NCBI GenBank assembly: GCA_963818475.1
Contig: CAWFSF010000005.1
Coordinates: forward strand, 352,001 to 416,000
Source: Nitrospirota bacterium
Lineage (GTDB): Bacteria > Nitrospirota > UBA9217
Reading direction: 5' to 3'
Length of the DNA stretch: 64,000 nt
Shown here: one piece after another, positions 52,275-64,000 of the stretch
Numbering within the stretch: the first letter of the stretch is position 1
How the letters are laid out: every line of letters starts with the position of its first letter
Program-made: the position numbers and the translations under genes
The notes under the pieces: model-generated
What the model was told of the DNA's origin: nothing
Databases searched by the model: none
Seen by the model: the letters and a program-made list of their open reading frames with translations, nothing else

Positions 52275-53828
52275 TCACTCTGCTGTATTTTCGGTATTTT
52301 GCGGAAAAACTTCTCGTTGATCATAACGATACCGATCTAACTTTCTCAAGTCTCGTGCTAGTGGTTGTTTTGGACTCGACATGAACTCTTTTACACTAGG
52401 AGCTTTCCTAAATCCCGTATAGAAGGCGTAATCAAGCATATATGCTTCATACTTCTCACCTGCAGTTGTAGGTGTTATGCCTGGATGTAAAATATGAATG
52501 AATCGTAGATCGCTTACTTTTTTAATTAATTTATATCGTTCATCCGAGCTATCAAGTTTAACAAGAAAAGCGTTACGCTTAATTTCCTTTAGGCAATAAT
52601 CCTTTATGTCATTGACAATATCTATAACGAGCGTTGCCGCCTCGGCTACATCATCTGACACATAATTTTCTTTCTCCGTTAAAGAATCAGCGGCGGCCAT
52701 GTTTATATCCATTACCGCAACATTAGTACGTCCGGCTGCAAGTGCTTTTGTAATTGCATTATTAAAAATATAGAGAGCATCTCGTGGAACGCCAGCTGCA
52801 ACCCATACGAGTCTTGAAAGAGCCGCTTTTCCGGCTATGCTCGCTATGCTAGGAATTCCAACATATTTCACATAGCTATCAAGTATCAAATGCAAGTGAT
52901 TAAGTGCTTCACCTGGATTGACTAAGTTATAATCAAGTCGTATTACCTGAGCATCGCCGGGGGTCTGAAGTCCTTCATTTGTTTGTTCATGTAAAAGCGT
53001 TGTTAGGTTTTCAATGGACGTAATTTTTAAATAAATGCTGTTCCCTCGTGCGAACGAATAGATTGTTGATAAAAAATAGGGTTGAATCGTTGGATGTAAC
53101 AGGTGAAGATCATCCAAAAATAAATAAAAATGTCCAAACTTGCGCACGAATGGCAAAAAATCGCGTGCAAAAATAGGTAATTTTTGATTAATTTCTCTTT
53201 TTGTAAGTTGTTCTCCCTTGTTTTCAAGAGCAATAATAATATCTTTGAGCCGTTGTATCCGATTCACATCAGCTTCTGAGTACTCCGAAATTGCATCAAC
53301 TATTTCATAAAGAACCTGAGGAATAACTAATAGATCATCTCTCCCGCTGTATTGCTGGAGAGCGATCCAGGCAAAAGGTCTCTTCTCGCGTTTAGCTTGA
53401 TGACATGCATAAAGTACCAAACTTGATTTCCCTGCGCCGCGTCGGCCAAAAACTACGTGGTTAGCTTCGCTGTATATCCGTCGCTCCTCACCTCCTAAAA
53501 ATGGAATGAATTTTTTGTGAAAATCGGAGTCGAGTGTTGCTTTGCCGACAGTAAGCGATTCTGACAGTATACGTTGAAGAAGTTGAATCTCATTAGATTT
53601 GAGCCACGATTTTGGTATGACTGTCTTCAAGAATACGTGCTCTGAATATTTATTGTTCGACCCCATCTCATTACGAATAAGTGAAAGAGCATTTGTATAA
53701 ATCTCGTTGATATGCCCTACGTGGATTGCTAAAAAATCTTCGCCTGCCTTGTCAATTATTTGCCAGTTAGGGGTAGTAATGTTGCACACAGCAGCAAAAC
53801 GATTAATAAACTGTTTGGCTTGATCCAT
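52275..53828 (-). CDS. P-loop NTPase (STAND/ORC-CDC6-like), possible defence component
   Basis: Walker A GRRGAGKS, Walker B YLFLDD, GVPRDAL; AT-rich. Confidence 0.85.
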   Translation of the reverse strand: MDQAKQFINRFAAVCNITTPNWQIIDKAGEDFLAIHVGHINEIYTNALSLIRNEMGSNNKYSEHVFLKTVIPKSWLKSNEIQLLQRILSESLTVGKATLDSDFHKKFIPFLGGEERRIYSEANHVVFGRRGAGKSSLVLYACHQAKREKRPFAWIALQQYSGRDDLLVIPQVLYEIVDAISEYSEADVNRIQRLKDIIIALENKGEQLTKREINQKLPIFARDFLPFVRKFGHFYLFLDDLHLLHPTIQPYFLSTIYSFARGNSIYLKITSIENLTTLLHEQTNEGLQTPGDAQVIRLDYNLVNPGEALNHLHLILDSYVKYVGIPSIASIAGKAALSRLVWVAAGVPRDALYIFNNAITKALAAGRTNVAVMDINMAAADSLTEKENYVSDDVAEAATLVIDIVNDIKDYCLKEIKRNAFLVKLDSSDERYKLIKKVSDLRFIHILHPGITPTTAGEKYEAYMLDYAFYTGFRKAPSVKEFMSSPKQPLARDLRKLDRYRYDQREVFPQNTENTAE

Positions 53829-54322
53829 TATGAGATTGCTCCTAGTGTTATCAAATAATTGCGCGCTACCTGGTGGAATCTTCGCGCTTCTGAAACGTAT
53901 GTGTGGCTTGTGAGTTCTAATGCCTGTTCAGATACCGTATGGTCGTAATCGGCAAGATTTCGATCAGCTCTAAATTTAATGAGAAAATCTTCCCATGTCG
54001 ATTTATCTGGAAAGTTATTTGGTAATTCACCGATCTTTTTATGGTCAGTAGGCTCTGTATTGTAATAACCGCTGGACTTGAGCCTAACTGCTCGGCTCAT
54101 ACAGTAAGTACTATAATAGCCTCGTGAGACTCTTTGCCGCCAGCTTGATTGACCTGCAGCCGACTCTGCAAATAGTAGATGTGAGCGGCTAAGATTGACT
54201 AATTGCTGGACGTTTTCATTTATAGCAGCTTGTATTTTTCCCAGTTCCCCAGCGTCCAGAATGGATTCAAGGCACCTCATTGTTTTTTGCAGATTGATAT
54301 TTAAAAGGTGATTATCGTCCAT
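53828..54322 (-). CDS. HEPN domain protein
   Basis: VSRGYYSTY, DHKKIG and RNLADYDH motifs; TAATG overlap with the NTPase. Confidence 0.75.
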   Translation of the reverse strand: MDDNHLLNINLQKTMRCLESILDAGELGKIQAAINENVQQLVNLSRSHLLFAESAAGQSSWRQRVSRGYYSTYCMSRAVRLKSSGYYNTEPTDHKKIGELPNNFPDKSTWEDFLIKFRADRNLADYDHTVSEQALELTSHTYVSEARRFHQVARNYLITLGAIS

Positions 54323-54741
54323 TGGAGTATTCCATTCATATTACTGCAGATTTTTATTTAAACTTATTATTCCACACAGCTTGCTGCGTGGTCACCTTAT
54401 AGAGGGAAGAGTAAGAGAAACCGCTGGTTTCTCAGTTGAACAATTTTCATTTATACCCTGTCAGCTTGCTGCAGGTATTGATTCGAAAGAACTATATCAT
54501 AATATAGGCTGATTGAGAATATAAAATAGGGTTGACAAGGACTGTAAAAGTATGTACCTCGAAACACAGGGGCTTAATGATATATAACGTTGTGTCCTAA
54601 GTGAACTATTACTGCCTATATCGATAAGTCAATTTCAGACACCCCAATGATCGGTCCATCGGCCTTAAGCATTGACGAACGCATCCATAAAAAACTCCAT
54701 AAAGTTCCTCGTAGGACACAACGTACCAAAGTGCTCTCCAG

Positions 54742-55236
54742 TCACTTAAATTTATCGGCTTCAGCAAGAATGGCGCTTAAGAACTCTGTTTCTGCTGTTT
54801 GTAGGCCAGCGAGAGCACTTTCCATCTCTTTAACCACTATGTTTTTGTCATCAGCAGACGCAATATTAAAACCTTTACCAGACATAGAAGATAGTAACGC
54901 ACGGTAAGAAAAAACCTTATCAAGGAACGGCCTCACTTGAGGGAAATACATATTCACCTGCAAAAGCGTTTTGTCGTAAGCTTTTCCCTCATCACGATTA
55001 TCATTACTCATCTTTAGGAGAGCTGATCCGGGTATTTTCCCTTTAAAATAGGTCAATGCGTTTTCATGATGTATATTCATCATTCGACAATACCGGTGTG
55101 CGCTTATATAAAGCTCTGCTGCATTATTGCGCATGAGCAAACGCTTTTCTTTTTTTGCAGCCAATTTATGAGCAAGTGTGGCGGATACCACACCACTCAT
55201 CAAAATAGTCAATACAGGAAATATCCATGAGTTCAT
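54742..55236 (-). CDS. hypothetical protein with N-terminal TM helix
   Basis: RBS gagga; TM then helical domain; AT-rich. Confidence 0.65.
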   Translation of the reverse strand: MNSWIFPVLTILMSGVVSATLAHKLAAKKEKRLLMRNNAAELYISAHRYCRMMNIHHENALTYFKGKIPGSALLKMSNDNRDEGKAYDKTLLQVNMYFPQVRPFLDKVFSYRALLSSMSGKGFNIASADDKNIVVKEMESALAGLQTAETEFLSAILAEADKFK

Positions 55237-55408
55237 ATGTTATCCTCGATATACCTTGGAAGTGTATCCTATACTTTGCGAACGTTGTTTCTTTCTAGGC
55301 TTTCTCAAGTCCTACTGCTCAGTAAAGGGGAAGCAACCTTAGACACAATGTCATATTTGTTCATAATGCACTAAATTCATCAAGGTCCCAAGGAGCTCCC
55401 CTTAATGA

Positions 55409-57249
55409 TCATTTTCCTTGATGATCCACAACTCTTTTCAGTGCCAGACGAATACGCTGTCTATCTATAAATACCTTTGAAACGACTACATTCAAGCCCT
55501 GTCCTCTGACGACATTTTTTTCAAAATCAGCATACTCAAAACCTCCCAGAATCATTTCTTCTTTTGGAATATGCCCTGTTAGCCCTTCTGGAAGGCTGAC
55601 ACTAACAAAATTTGGCGTGACTGCCTGAACGATGGCACTCAATTCTTTTCCTTTTGGAAGCCGCTTATGAATTTTTGGCCAAGGATTCTGTTCCAAGCGA
55701 CGGATGCTGCCTTTAATGATCCTGCGCTCAACAGACCGTTCGTATATCATGATTTTTTTCCGGCCATTTAAAATATCGTTTGCTTCAGACTCATCTGAAC
55801 CGAGCCAATCCACTTCATGCTTCGGTATAAATATTTCGATATTGTCGCAATAATCCCCTACATAGTTAGAACCAGTGACACCCACTATATCGACTTCGAT
55901 GACATCATTAACCTTAGGCAGCTTTTCCGACTTCCAAGGATCTTCATCAGGGAATCGAAGTGATAGACTCAGTTTACTTTGATTTTTATCTATTGTTTGC
56001 ACTCTGAATTGGTATGTAGATCCAATATGCAAAACATCGCTGCACTTAGCTATTGATCGCCACGAACATTCATTTTTATAAATGACTGCATTTAATCCCT
56101 GCACGTCAACAAGTGTTGCACTTTGAGATATGTCTAGTACGACCCCTTTTACAAAGCTGCCCTCCTTTATAGAAAGAGCCGTTAGCTTTTCTTCAAAACT
56201 ATTATCAGAAGAGAGCTTATTCCTGCGTAAAAGAGATATTTCAAACACCTTACCATTCTTAATATTATCCGAACTCTTGATGCTAATCTTATTTGTCTTG
56301 ATTAACGTCAGCCTTACATCACCGTCAATTGCCGAGATAAGCCTTTCAGAAAAATCATGTGCCTCAGGGTACGCGATTACATATATAGAGTCGCAGCCCT
56401 GTCTCAATTTGACGTTTATTGCCTGCAAGTAAGGAGTAACTCCTAATTCCTCAGCTTTTTTGGTTTTTGCCAGCAGACAATGCCTGCGCGAACTTCAGAA
56501 CTGAGATACTCAAGGCACATTTCTTCGCCAATCTCTCGGTTCGCCAACTTGACTAAATATTCTACAAACAATAGAATTTCATTAGTTTTGTCTACTCCAA
56601 TAATATCATCGTAAAGCGTTGCGCCTAATAAATTTAGCTCTTCTAAAAATATAGTAAGAAATATTCCGTTATCATCCAGCCTGATGAGCTTCACAATAAG
56701 ATCAGCCACACTCTTGTTTTTCTCGATTTCGGGATTGAGAAAATATCGTTGAAAGATTGGGCGTGCGTGTTTGCCAAGCTTATCTGCGAGATTCCGGAGA
56801 ATTGTAAGATCAATCGCTGTTTGGGCATATGGCTCTAAATATGCTCGTAAATCAGCACAAACTACATGTGGTAGTGCAACTCTGGTGGCTGCCAATATAT
56901 TCCGAGTTTGATCATTCGTTTCTTCAAGACGCAATATCAATGTACCGTCCTGCAAAAATGTAGGATCAGAAATAGATGTTACCCACTTAATCTTAATTTT
57001 CGTGTCTGCCATGGATGGCATGAAAGGCTTAACATGTTTCTTAAGAAATTCTGTCGCAGTATATCCGACTTCGGAGGCTAAATACTCTTTTGAACCCCAT
57101 TTAAAAAGCAAAAATAATGGTTTAAAGATGAGTGCCTTTAACTTTTCCGCTCGATCTGGATCATGAATGACGAGCAATAGAGCTACCAGAAGGACGCCGG
57201 GTAGCCCATATGATAATATAATTTTCATAATTTCCTTTGCGACTTCCAT
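55409..57249 (-). CDS. membrane-anchored protein with unknown domain and three S1 RNA-binding repeats (frameshift near 56480)
   Basis: Reads through as LLAKTKKAEELGVTPYLQAIN in the alternate frame; S1 signatures (G.V..I...ATLVD, LSLSLR...DPW, IRRLEQNPW, RIRLALK). Confidence 0.75.
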
Positions 57250-57476
57250 TACTTCCTCCTAGTTGCTGCTTGGTCTATGCACTCTGGAAGATTACAATAG
57301 AAAATCAGGCCAGGCTCCTTAACAATCAAAGCCCCCATGTTTTCCCAGTTCATAACTTGAGAACACGATTCACATGTTAGTTTTCCTTGGTCCATCTTTT
57401 CGGATAGATGGTATTTTTGTAGTATATCCCGTAGGTCTCTATCTCTTACGGCAGACACTTCTACTTTTTCTCGCAT
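57249..57476 (-). CDS. small Cys4 (CxxC...CxxxxC) putative metal-binding protein
   Basis: LTCESC...FYCNLPEC; RBS aggag; TAATG overlap with the S1 gene. Confidence 0.78.
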   Translation of the reverse strand: MREKVEVSAVRDRDLRDILQKYHLSEKMDQGKLTCESCSQVMNWENMGALIVKEPGLIFYCNLPECIDQAATRRK

Positions 57477-57817
57477 AAGCTATTATCTCCTTTCATAAAC
57501 TAGTAGCAGAGGCAGTAGGGCCAGGCCAAAATTTGAAATACAAAGGGACGTTGTTGTTGAAATTGCGTCGTGCGAATCTAACAGAACTGAATGGATCTTC
57601 GGCATGGTGCTGAATGCACTCAACAATTTGTTGCATGATTGTAACTGATTTACTGTTCTCCGTCACCTGTCAGAAGTGACAGGTACCCGTTTTTCTAATA
57701 AAAACTTCCTTGGGAGCACTACTGTTGTTAGGACCGTGGTCCCAACTGCACCCGCGCAGTCCGGACTAACTTTGAGCCGTTAATGCTTTTGATGCTGTTC
57801 ATCCCGATCAGGTTCAG

Positions 57818-57849
57818 AAAAAAACCGGCAGAGATAGTATCTCTGCCGG
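57818..57849 (-). terminator. groEL intrinsic terminator
   Basis: ccggcagagat-act-atctctgccgg followed by T7 on the minus strand. Confidence 0.85.
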
Positions 57850-57895
57850 CCTTCGTGTTTCAGTTCCTCGTGAAAGGAAACTTCGTTCATGTATC

Positions 57896-59550
<1,655 letters not shown>

Positions 59551-59666
59551 ATAATATTTCCTCCTTGGAAATCTTATTATTTTTTCGCCACGAAGGCGCG
59601 AAGTCACAAAGGGAATCAGGCTTATTGTCCGGCTTTCTCAGCATCTTAGTGTCGCTGGCAGAATTT

Positions 59667-59934
59667 CTAGCCAGGATGCCCAGTACGTCTTCTTCTTTCA
59701 CGATCAGGTACTCGATGTTGTCGATGTTGATCTTGGAACCGGAATAGCGATCGAAGAGGATCTTGTCGCCGACCTTCAGCTGACTTCACTTCCTCGCCGA
59801 CGGCCTCGACCTTGCCCGCTCTGCGGCTTTTCTTTTGCGCTGTCGGGGATGTAGAGACCTCCTGCGGTCTTTTCCAGCTCCTCGGTATAGCTTACAAATA
59901 CCCTGTCCTTCAACGGCTTGAATTTGACGCTCAT
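59667..59934 (-). CDS. groES: co-chaperonin GroES (frameshifted; not in ORF track)
   Basis: Manual translation [14 protein letters not shown]...[17 protein letters not shown]...LKVGDKILF...[13 protein letters not shown]. Confidence 0.95.
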
Positions 59935-59997
59935 CTTGCAACTCCTTTCGTGTAAAATAATTATATCCTCTTGCTTACGCTACTATTCTACCACAAG

Positions 59998-60024
59998 TTA
60001 GCACTCATTGGAAGCGAGTGCTAA
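59998..60024. promoter_or_regulatory. CIRCE operator (HrcA)
   Basis: Perfect TTAGCACTC-N9-GAGTGCTAA upstream of groES. Confidence 0.97.
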
Positions 60025-60051
60025 TATATTGCCTGGCAAGTAAAAAAGCAA
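60023..60051 (-). promoter_or_regulatory. groESL sigma70 promoter
   Basis: TTGCTT-N17-TATATT abutting CIRCE. Confidence 0.7.
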
Positions 60052-60152
60052 ACGCTGATTTTAGGCAAATTATGCTAATTTTAGTTAGTATTTAGCTGTT
60101 TTAGCCAGATTTCTCACATAATGCTGATTTTTAATAACATTATGATAAAAAG

Positions 60153-60184
60153 AAAAAGCAGGGCTAATAAAGCCCTGCTTTTTC
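60153..60184. terminator. intrinsic terminator after the S41 protease gene
   Basis: aaaaagcagggct-aataa-agccctgcttttt. Confidence 0.85.
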
Positions 60185-60209
60185 AATTAGTTACTTATTT
60201 TCTGAACTG

Positions 60210-61610
60210 CTACTCGTTTTTCTTTTTCACTTCTACGGCAGCTTTCTTGGCACGGCACGATTCTTGAAAACATCCTCTGCCTTCGTCGCCGTTTTCAGGA
60301 TCTCGATCGCCTTCTGGATCTGGATGTCGTCCTTCTCGTCCTTGGGCACGACCTCCATGAGCGAAATCATCCTCTCCGCCGCGTGCTCGTGCTTCTTTCT
60401 TCTTTTTCTCTTCCTTCACCGTATCGTTCTTCAGATGCCGGTCAAGGTCCTTCTCCCTGACGACCATGACATGGACCGCCTCGCCGTCCTTCGCTTCCTT
60501 GATCGTCGGCAGTTTCACCTCGAGGTCGGGGGTGATGCCCACATTCTGGATCGAGCGGCCGCTCGGCGTATAATACTTGGCCGTGGTCAGCCGGATGCCG
60601 CGTGCCGTTCTCGAGCGGGAACACGGTCTGGACCGATCCCTTGCCGAAGGTCTGGGTGCCGACGATCAGCGCCCGCTTCGAATCCTGCAGCGCCCCTGCC
60701 ACGATCTCCGACGCGCTCGCGCTGCCGGTGTTCACGAGAATCACGATCGGATAGTCCCGCGGAGTTTCCGTCGCTCGTGGTGAGATAGTCCTTCCGGTCG
60801 CTCTTCTGCCTGCCCTGGAGATAGACGACCAGCTTGTCCTTGGGCAGGAACTGCCGCTCACATCGACCGACGCGTCCAGGATGCCTCCCGGGTTATTGCG
60901 CATGTCGAGGACCAGCTTCTTCATGCCCTTTGCCTCCAGCTCCTTGAGCGCCTTCTCCAGCTCGATCGGCCGTCTGGCCCTGGAACTGGATGATCTTCAC
61001 ATAGCCGATATCGTTGTCCAGCATTTTCGATTTGACGCTCTGCACCTTGATGATGTCGCGGGTGATCTTGAATTCCTTCGGCTTGTCCCATCCTTCGCGC
61101 TGGATCGTGCAGCCGCACCTGCGTGTTCTTGGGGCCGCGCATCTTGTCCACGGCCTGCTCGATCGACAGGTCCTTGGTCCATTCATCGTTGATCTTGACG
61201 ATCTTGTCGCCTGCCAGCAGTCCGGCGCGGTCCCCGGGCGTGCCCTCGATCGGCGCGATGATCGTCAGCATGCGCGTTCTTGATCCCGATCTGGATGCCG
61301 ACGCCCTGGAACTCGCCCTTGATGTCCATGCTCATTTCCTTGAACGCCCGCTCGGCCATATAGGACGAGTGCGGGTCAAGGCTCGACACCATGCCCCGGA
61401 TGGCGCCCTGGATCAGCTCCTTGGAGTCCGGGTCCTCCACGTAGTTGCGCTTGACCAGCTCGAGCGCCTGCGTAAACGCCTTCAGGTCCTCGTACGTATC
61501 GGACTTGGCCTGGACCAGCTTCCTGGCCGATCAGTATGCCGGTCGTAAGCAGGACAGCGCTGCAGCAGCAGACGACGCCGCCAGAACTTCTTTTTGTTGA
61601 TCCTGATCAT
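60210..61610 (-). CDS. S41 carboxy-terminal processing protease, multiply frameshifted
   Basis: LDPHSSY, PDZ GVGIQI, LDMRNNPGG, SASASEIVAGALQD, TFGKGSVQ, GITPD. Confidence 0.93.
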
Positions 61611-61689
61611 GTCATCTTCCTCCGCATCGTTATGCATAGTTTGCCTCCGGAACGGCTGTTCGCGAACGACCGGTCGTGTACCCGGCCGC

Positions 61690-62860
61690 CTAGTTGTTTC
61701 GTCAGCCAGGCCGAGCGGGTCCTGCGCCTCGCCTTTGCGGCGTATCTCGAAATACAGCTTCGGACCCTTTCAGGCTTCCCGTATCGCCCACGCAGGCCCA
61801 CGACCTGACCCTTGCCCACCCGGTCGCCCTTGGCCAGGGCGATCTGGGACAGATTGCCGTAGAGCGAATAAAGACCGGCGGCCATGCTCGATGATGACCA
61901 GCTTTCCGTACCCCTTGTACCAGTCCGCAAAAGCGACCTGCCCGTCGTTGACCGCCCGAACCGTATCGCCCTCGCGCGCTCCGATCTCGATGCCCCGCCG
62001 GAAGACCATGGTCTTGAACTGGGGATGGCGCTGCATCCCGAAGCGCGTCAGCACCTGTCCTTCCACCGGCCAGGGAAACCGGATCCGTGCCGGCGGCCGC
62101 CGCGCTGCGCTCCGCCGGCTGCTTCCGGGCCGTCCTGCCCGTCTTGCTCCTCCTGCTTGATCATGGCCCAGAGGCTGGCCGAGGATTCTTCGAGCTCGCG
62201 CAGCGTCTGTTCGTACACGCCCTTTTTGCTCCTGACCGAGTTGAGGATCACCGCTTTTTCCCTGCGCCGGGCTAGAAGCTCGGCCTTCTGGGCCTCCACG
62301 GCCAGCTTGCGCCGGGAGATCTCCTCTTTCCTGCCCGCGGTCTCGGCCTGGAGAGCGGACAGCCGGTCAAGCGCCATGCCGTACTGGCTGATGACGGCAC
62401 GGTCGCGTTCGGCAATGATGCCGAGGTACTTCATCCGCTTCAGCGCCGTATAAAAGCTGTCCGACGTGAGGATGGCCACGGCATAGCTGTTCCGGCTCAT
62501 CTTGTACAGCGCCCGGATCCGCCGGCCGTAGGTTTGCTGCAGGCCGGCCAGTTCCCGGCTCAGCTCGCTGTTGCTCTTTTCCATTCCCCGCAGGGCGTCC
62601 TCCGCCTCGCGAAGCTTCGCCGGTTGTCGGCAAGCTCCGCGTGTCCCTTGCTGCATGCTCCGGTCAAGCTGGTCCAGTTCTGCCAGGATCGAGCGCTCCT
62701 TGCCGTCGCGCCCGCTTGAGCTCCGTTTTCTTCTCCTGCATCTGGCTGCTTGAGCCGCTGCAGTTCCTTCTTGCTGCGGCCGTCCGCAGCGGACTGTCGG
62801 CCCGGCATACGGAAGAGCTCCCCTGCAGCCAGGCCCAGGGCGACCACGGAAAACGATCAT
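61690..62860 (-). CDS. envC: murein hydrolase activator EnvC family (coiled coil + M23), frameshifted
   Basis: Coiled coil; RRGIEIGA..G..VRAV..G.V.FADWYKGYGKLVIIEHG; downstream of ftsX. Confidence 0.85.
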
Positions 62861-62944
62861 GCTCAAGCGCGCGGGATCGTCATTCGTTCTCGGCCGACCG
62901 ATGACCCTGCATCCCCTCTCCCTGCGGCGTGCCACTGTTCCCGT

Positions 62945-63835
62945 CTATTCCAGGAACTTGCCGACGGACACCAGCCTCCGGCCAATCCGAGCAGGCCGCC
63001 GCCAGCGATCATATAGGCCACCACCGGCAGGGGCAGGAAATCGAGCCCGTCGGCTGCGACAGGAACAGGACCACCTCGTGCGGAAGCGCGTAATAGAGCC
63101 CCGACAGGATGCCGACGGAGAGGGCCGTGCCGAGCATCGCAAGCATCATGCCCTCGATCAGAAACGGCCCCTGGATGAACCCGCGGGTGGCGCCGATCCA
63201 CTGCATCAGCTCGATCTCCTGCCCGCGCGAGTAGAGCGCCAGCCGAACGGAGTTCGAGATGATGAACACGACCGACACGCCGAGCAGCACCGCGAGCGCC
63301 GTGCCGCCGTAGGTGATGAGCTTGAAGCAGGCCCGCCCAGCAGTTCCGCGCCCTGCCTGCCGTAGGACACGTCCTCCACGCCGGGATAGCCGGAGAATTT
63401 GCCCGCCAGCGCTTCGAGACGTCTCGCCATTCGCATAGCTGCGGTCAATGTTCACCTCGAAGGAATCAGGAAGCGGGTTCTCGCCCAGCCCCTCGATGCA
63501 GTGACTCCTGCCCTTCAGCTCTTTTTTGAACAGCGTCCAGGGCCTCGCTCTTTGGACAGATAGGTCACCTTCCGGACGCCCGGCTCCGCCTTCAGCCGGC
63601 TCTGCAGGAAGTCCCTCTCCTGCTCGGTCAGTCCGTCCTTCAGGTATACCGACACCTCCAGCCGTTCGCCCATGACCCGGACCGACGCCTGCAGATTAAT
63701 GAATACCAGCAGAAAGAAGCCGACGATCAGCATGACCATGCTGATCGTGCCGAGGGCCAGAAGGTTCACGAGGCTGTTGGCGCGGAGCCCCCGGAACGCC
63801 TCGGCGATATAGTAGAAGAACCCGTAGCCTTTCAC
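62945..63835 (-). CDS. ftsX: cell division permease FtsX, frameshifted
   Basis: VSVYLKD, NPLPDS, ISNSVRLALYSR..EIELM..IGAT..FI.GPFLIEG. Confidence 0.92.
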
Positions 63836-64000
63836 GGCTCCCCCTTGCGGACCGGTCCTTGCGGGCCCTCGTCCGCGGGCGGGCGGAGGGAAAGCGACCA
63901 TTGCACATGCCGCTTGCCGTCATCGGTCACCCTGCCCCGCTCCATCGTGATGATCCTGCGCTGCATCTTTCTGACCGTTTCCCAGTCGTGCGTGGCAACG
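63832..64000 (-). CDS. ftsE: 3' end of cell division ATPase FtsE (start outside window)
   Basis: VATHDWETVRKMQRRIITMERGRV directly upstream of ftsX; exact stop uncertain. Confidence 0.8.
   Translation of the reverse strand, partial: VATHDWETVRKMQRRIITMERGRVTDDGKRHVQWSLSLRPPADEGPQGPVRKGEP

Noticed and set aside
52275-54740. Retron (HEPN effector plus structured upstream RNA)
   Set aside because: No reverse transcriptase (no YADD-type motif) in the island or the window
55409-56428. Ribosomal protein S1 (rpsA)
   Set aside because: Only three divergent S1 repeats, apparently fused to a TM-anchored domain, in an AT-rich island

Overview
Bacterial genomic window with a GC-rich backbone and AT-rich accessory blocks. 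Gene order and the GroES/GroEL sequences suggest a Nitrospirota or deltaproteobacterium-like organism (inference only). Many conserved genes are split by single-base indels, so the assembly looks like uncorrected long reads and split genes are not called pseudogenes. Backbone genes: folC 5' end, murI, GerMN, amidase, DinG, pcm, an ABC exporter operon, tag, and ftsE-ftsX-envC-S41 protease-groES-groEL with a perfect CIRCE. Accessory features: (1) a ~10 kb array of co-oriented AT-rich genes separated by attC-like sites, with no integrase in view, headed by a UmuD-like gene whose perfect sigma70 promoter contains a GAAC-N4-GTTC palindrome; (2) a ~7.9 kb island bounded by two copies of the groEL terminator region, holding a nucleotidyltransferase pair, a Y1/RAYT-like transposase with inverted ends, a HEPN plus P-loop NTPase pair, and a small Cys4 protein plus a membrane-anchored S1-repeat protein; (3) a rhodanese gene with two in-frame TGA codons (U-A-U) and a SECIS-like hairpin; (4) a c-di-GMP-I riboswitch; (5) a complete IS with a 6-bp target duplication; (6) several families of structured dispersed repeats, including a ~415 bp composite element whose inverted copies flank the ABC exporter operon. 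All family assignments come from motifs recognised by eye; no searches were run.
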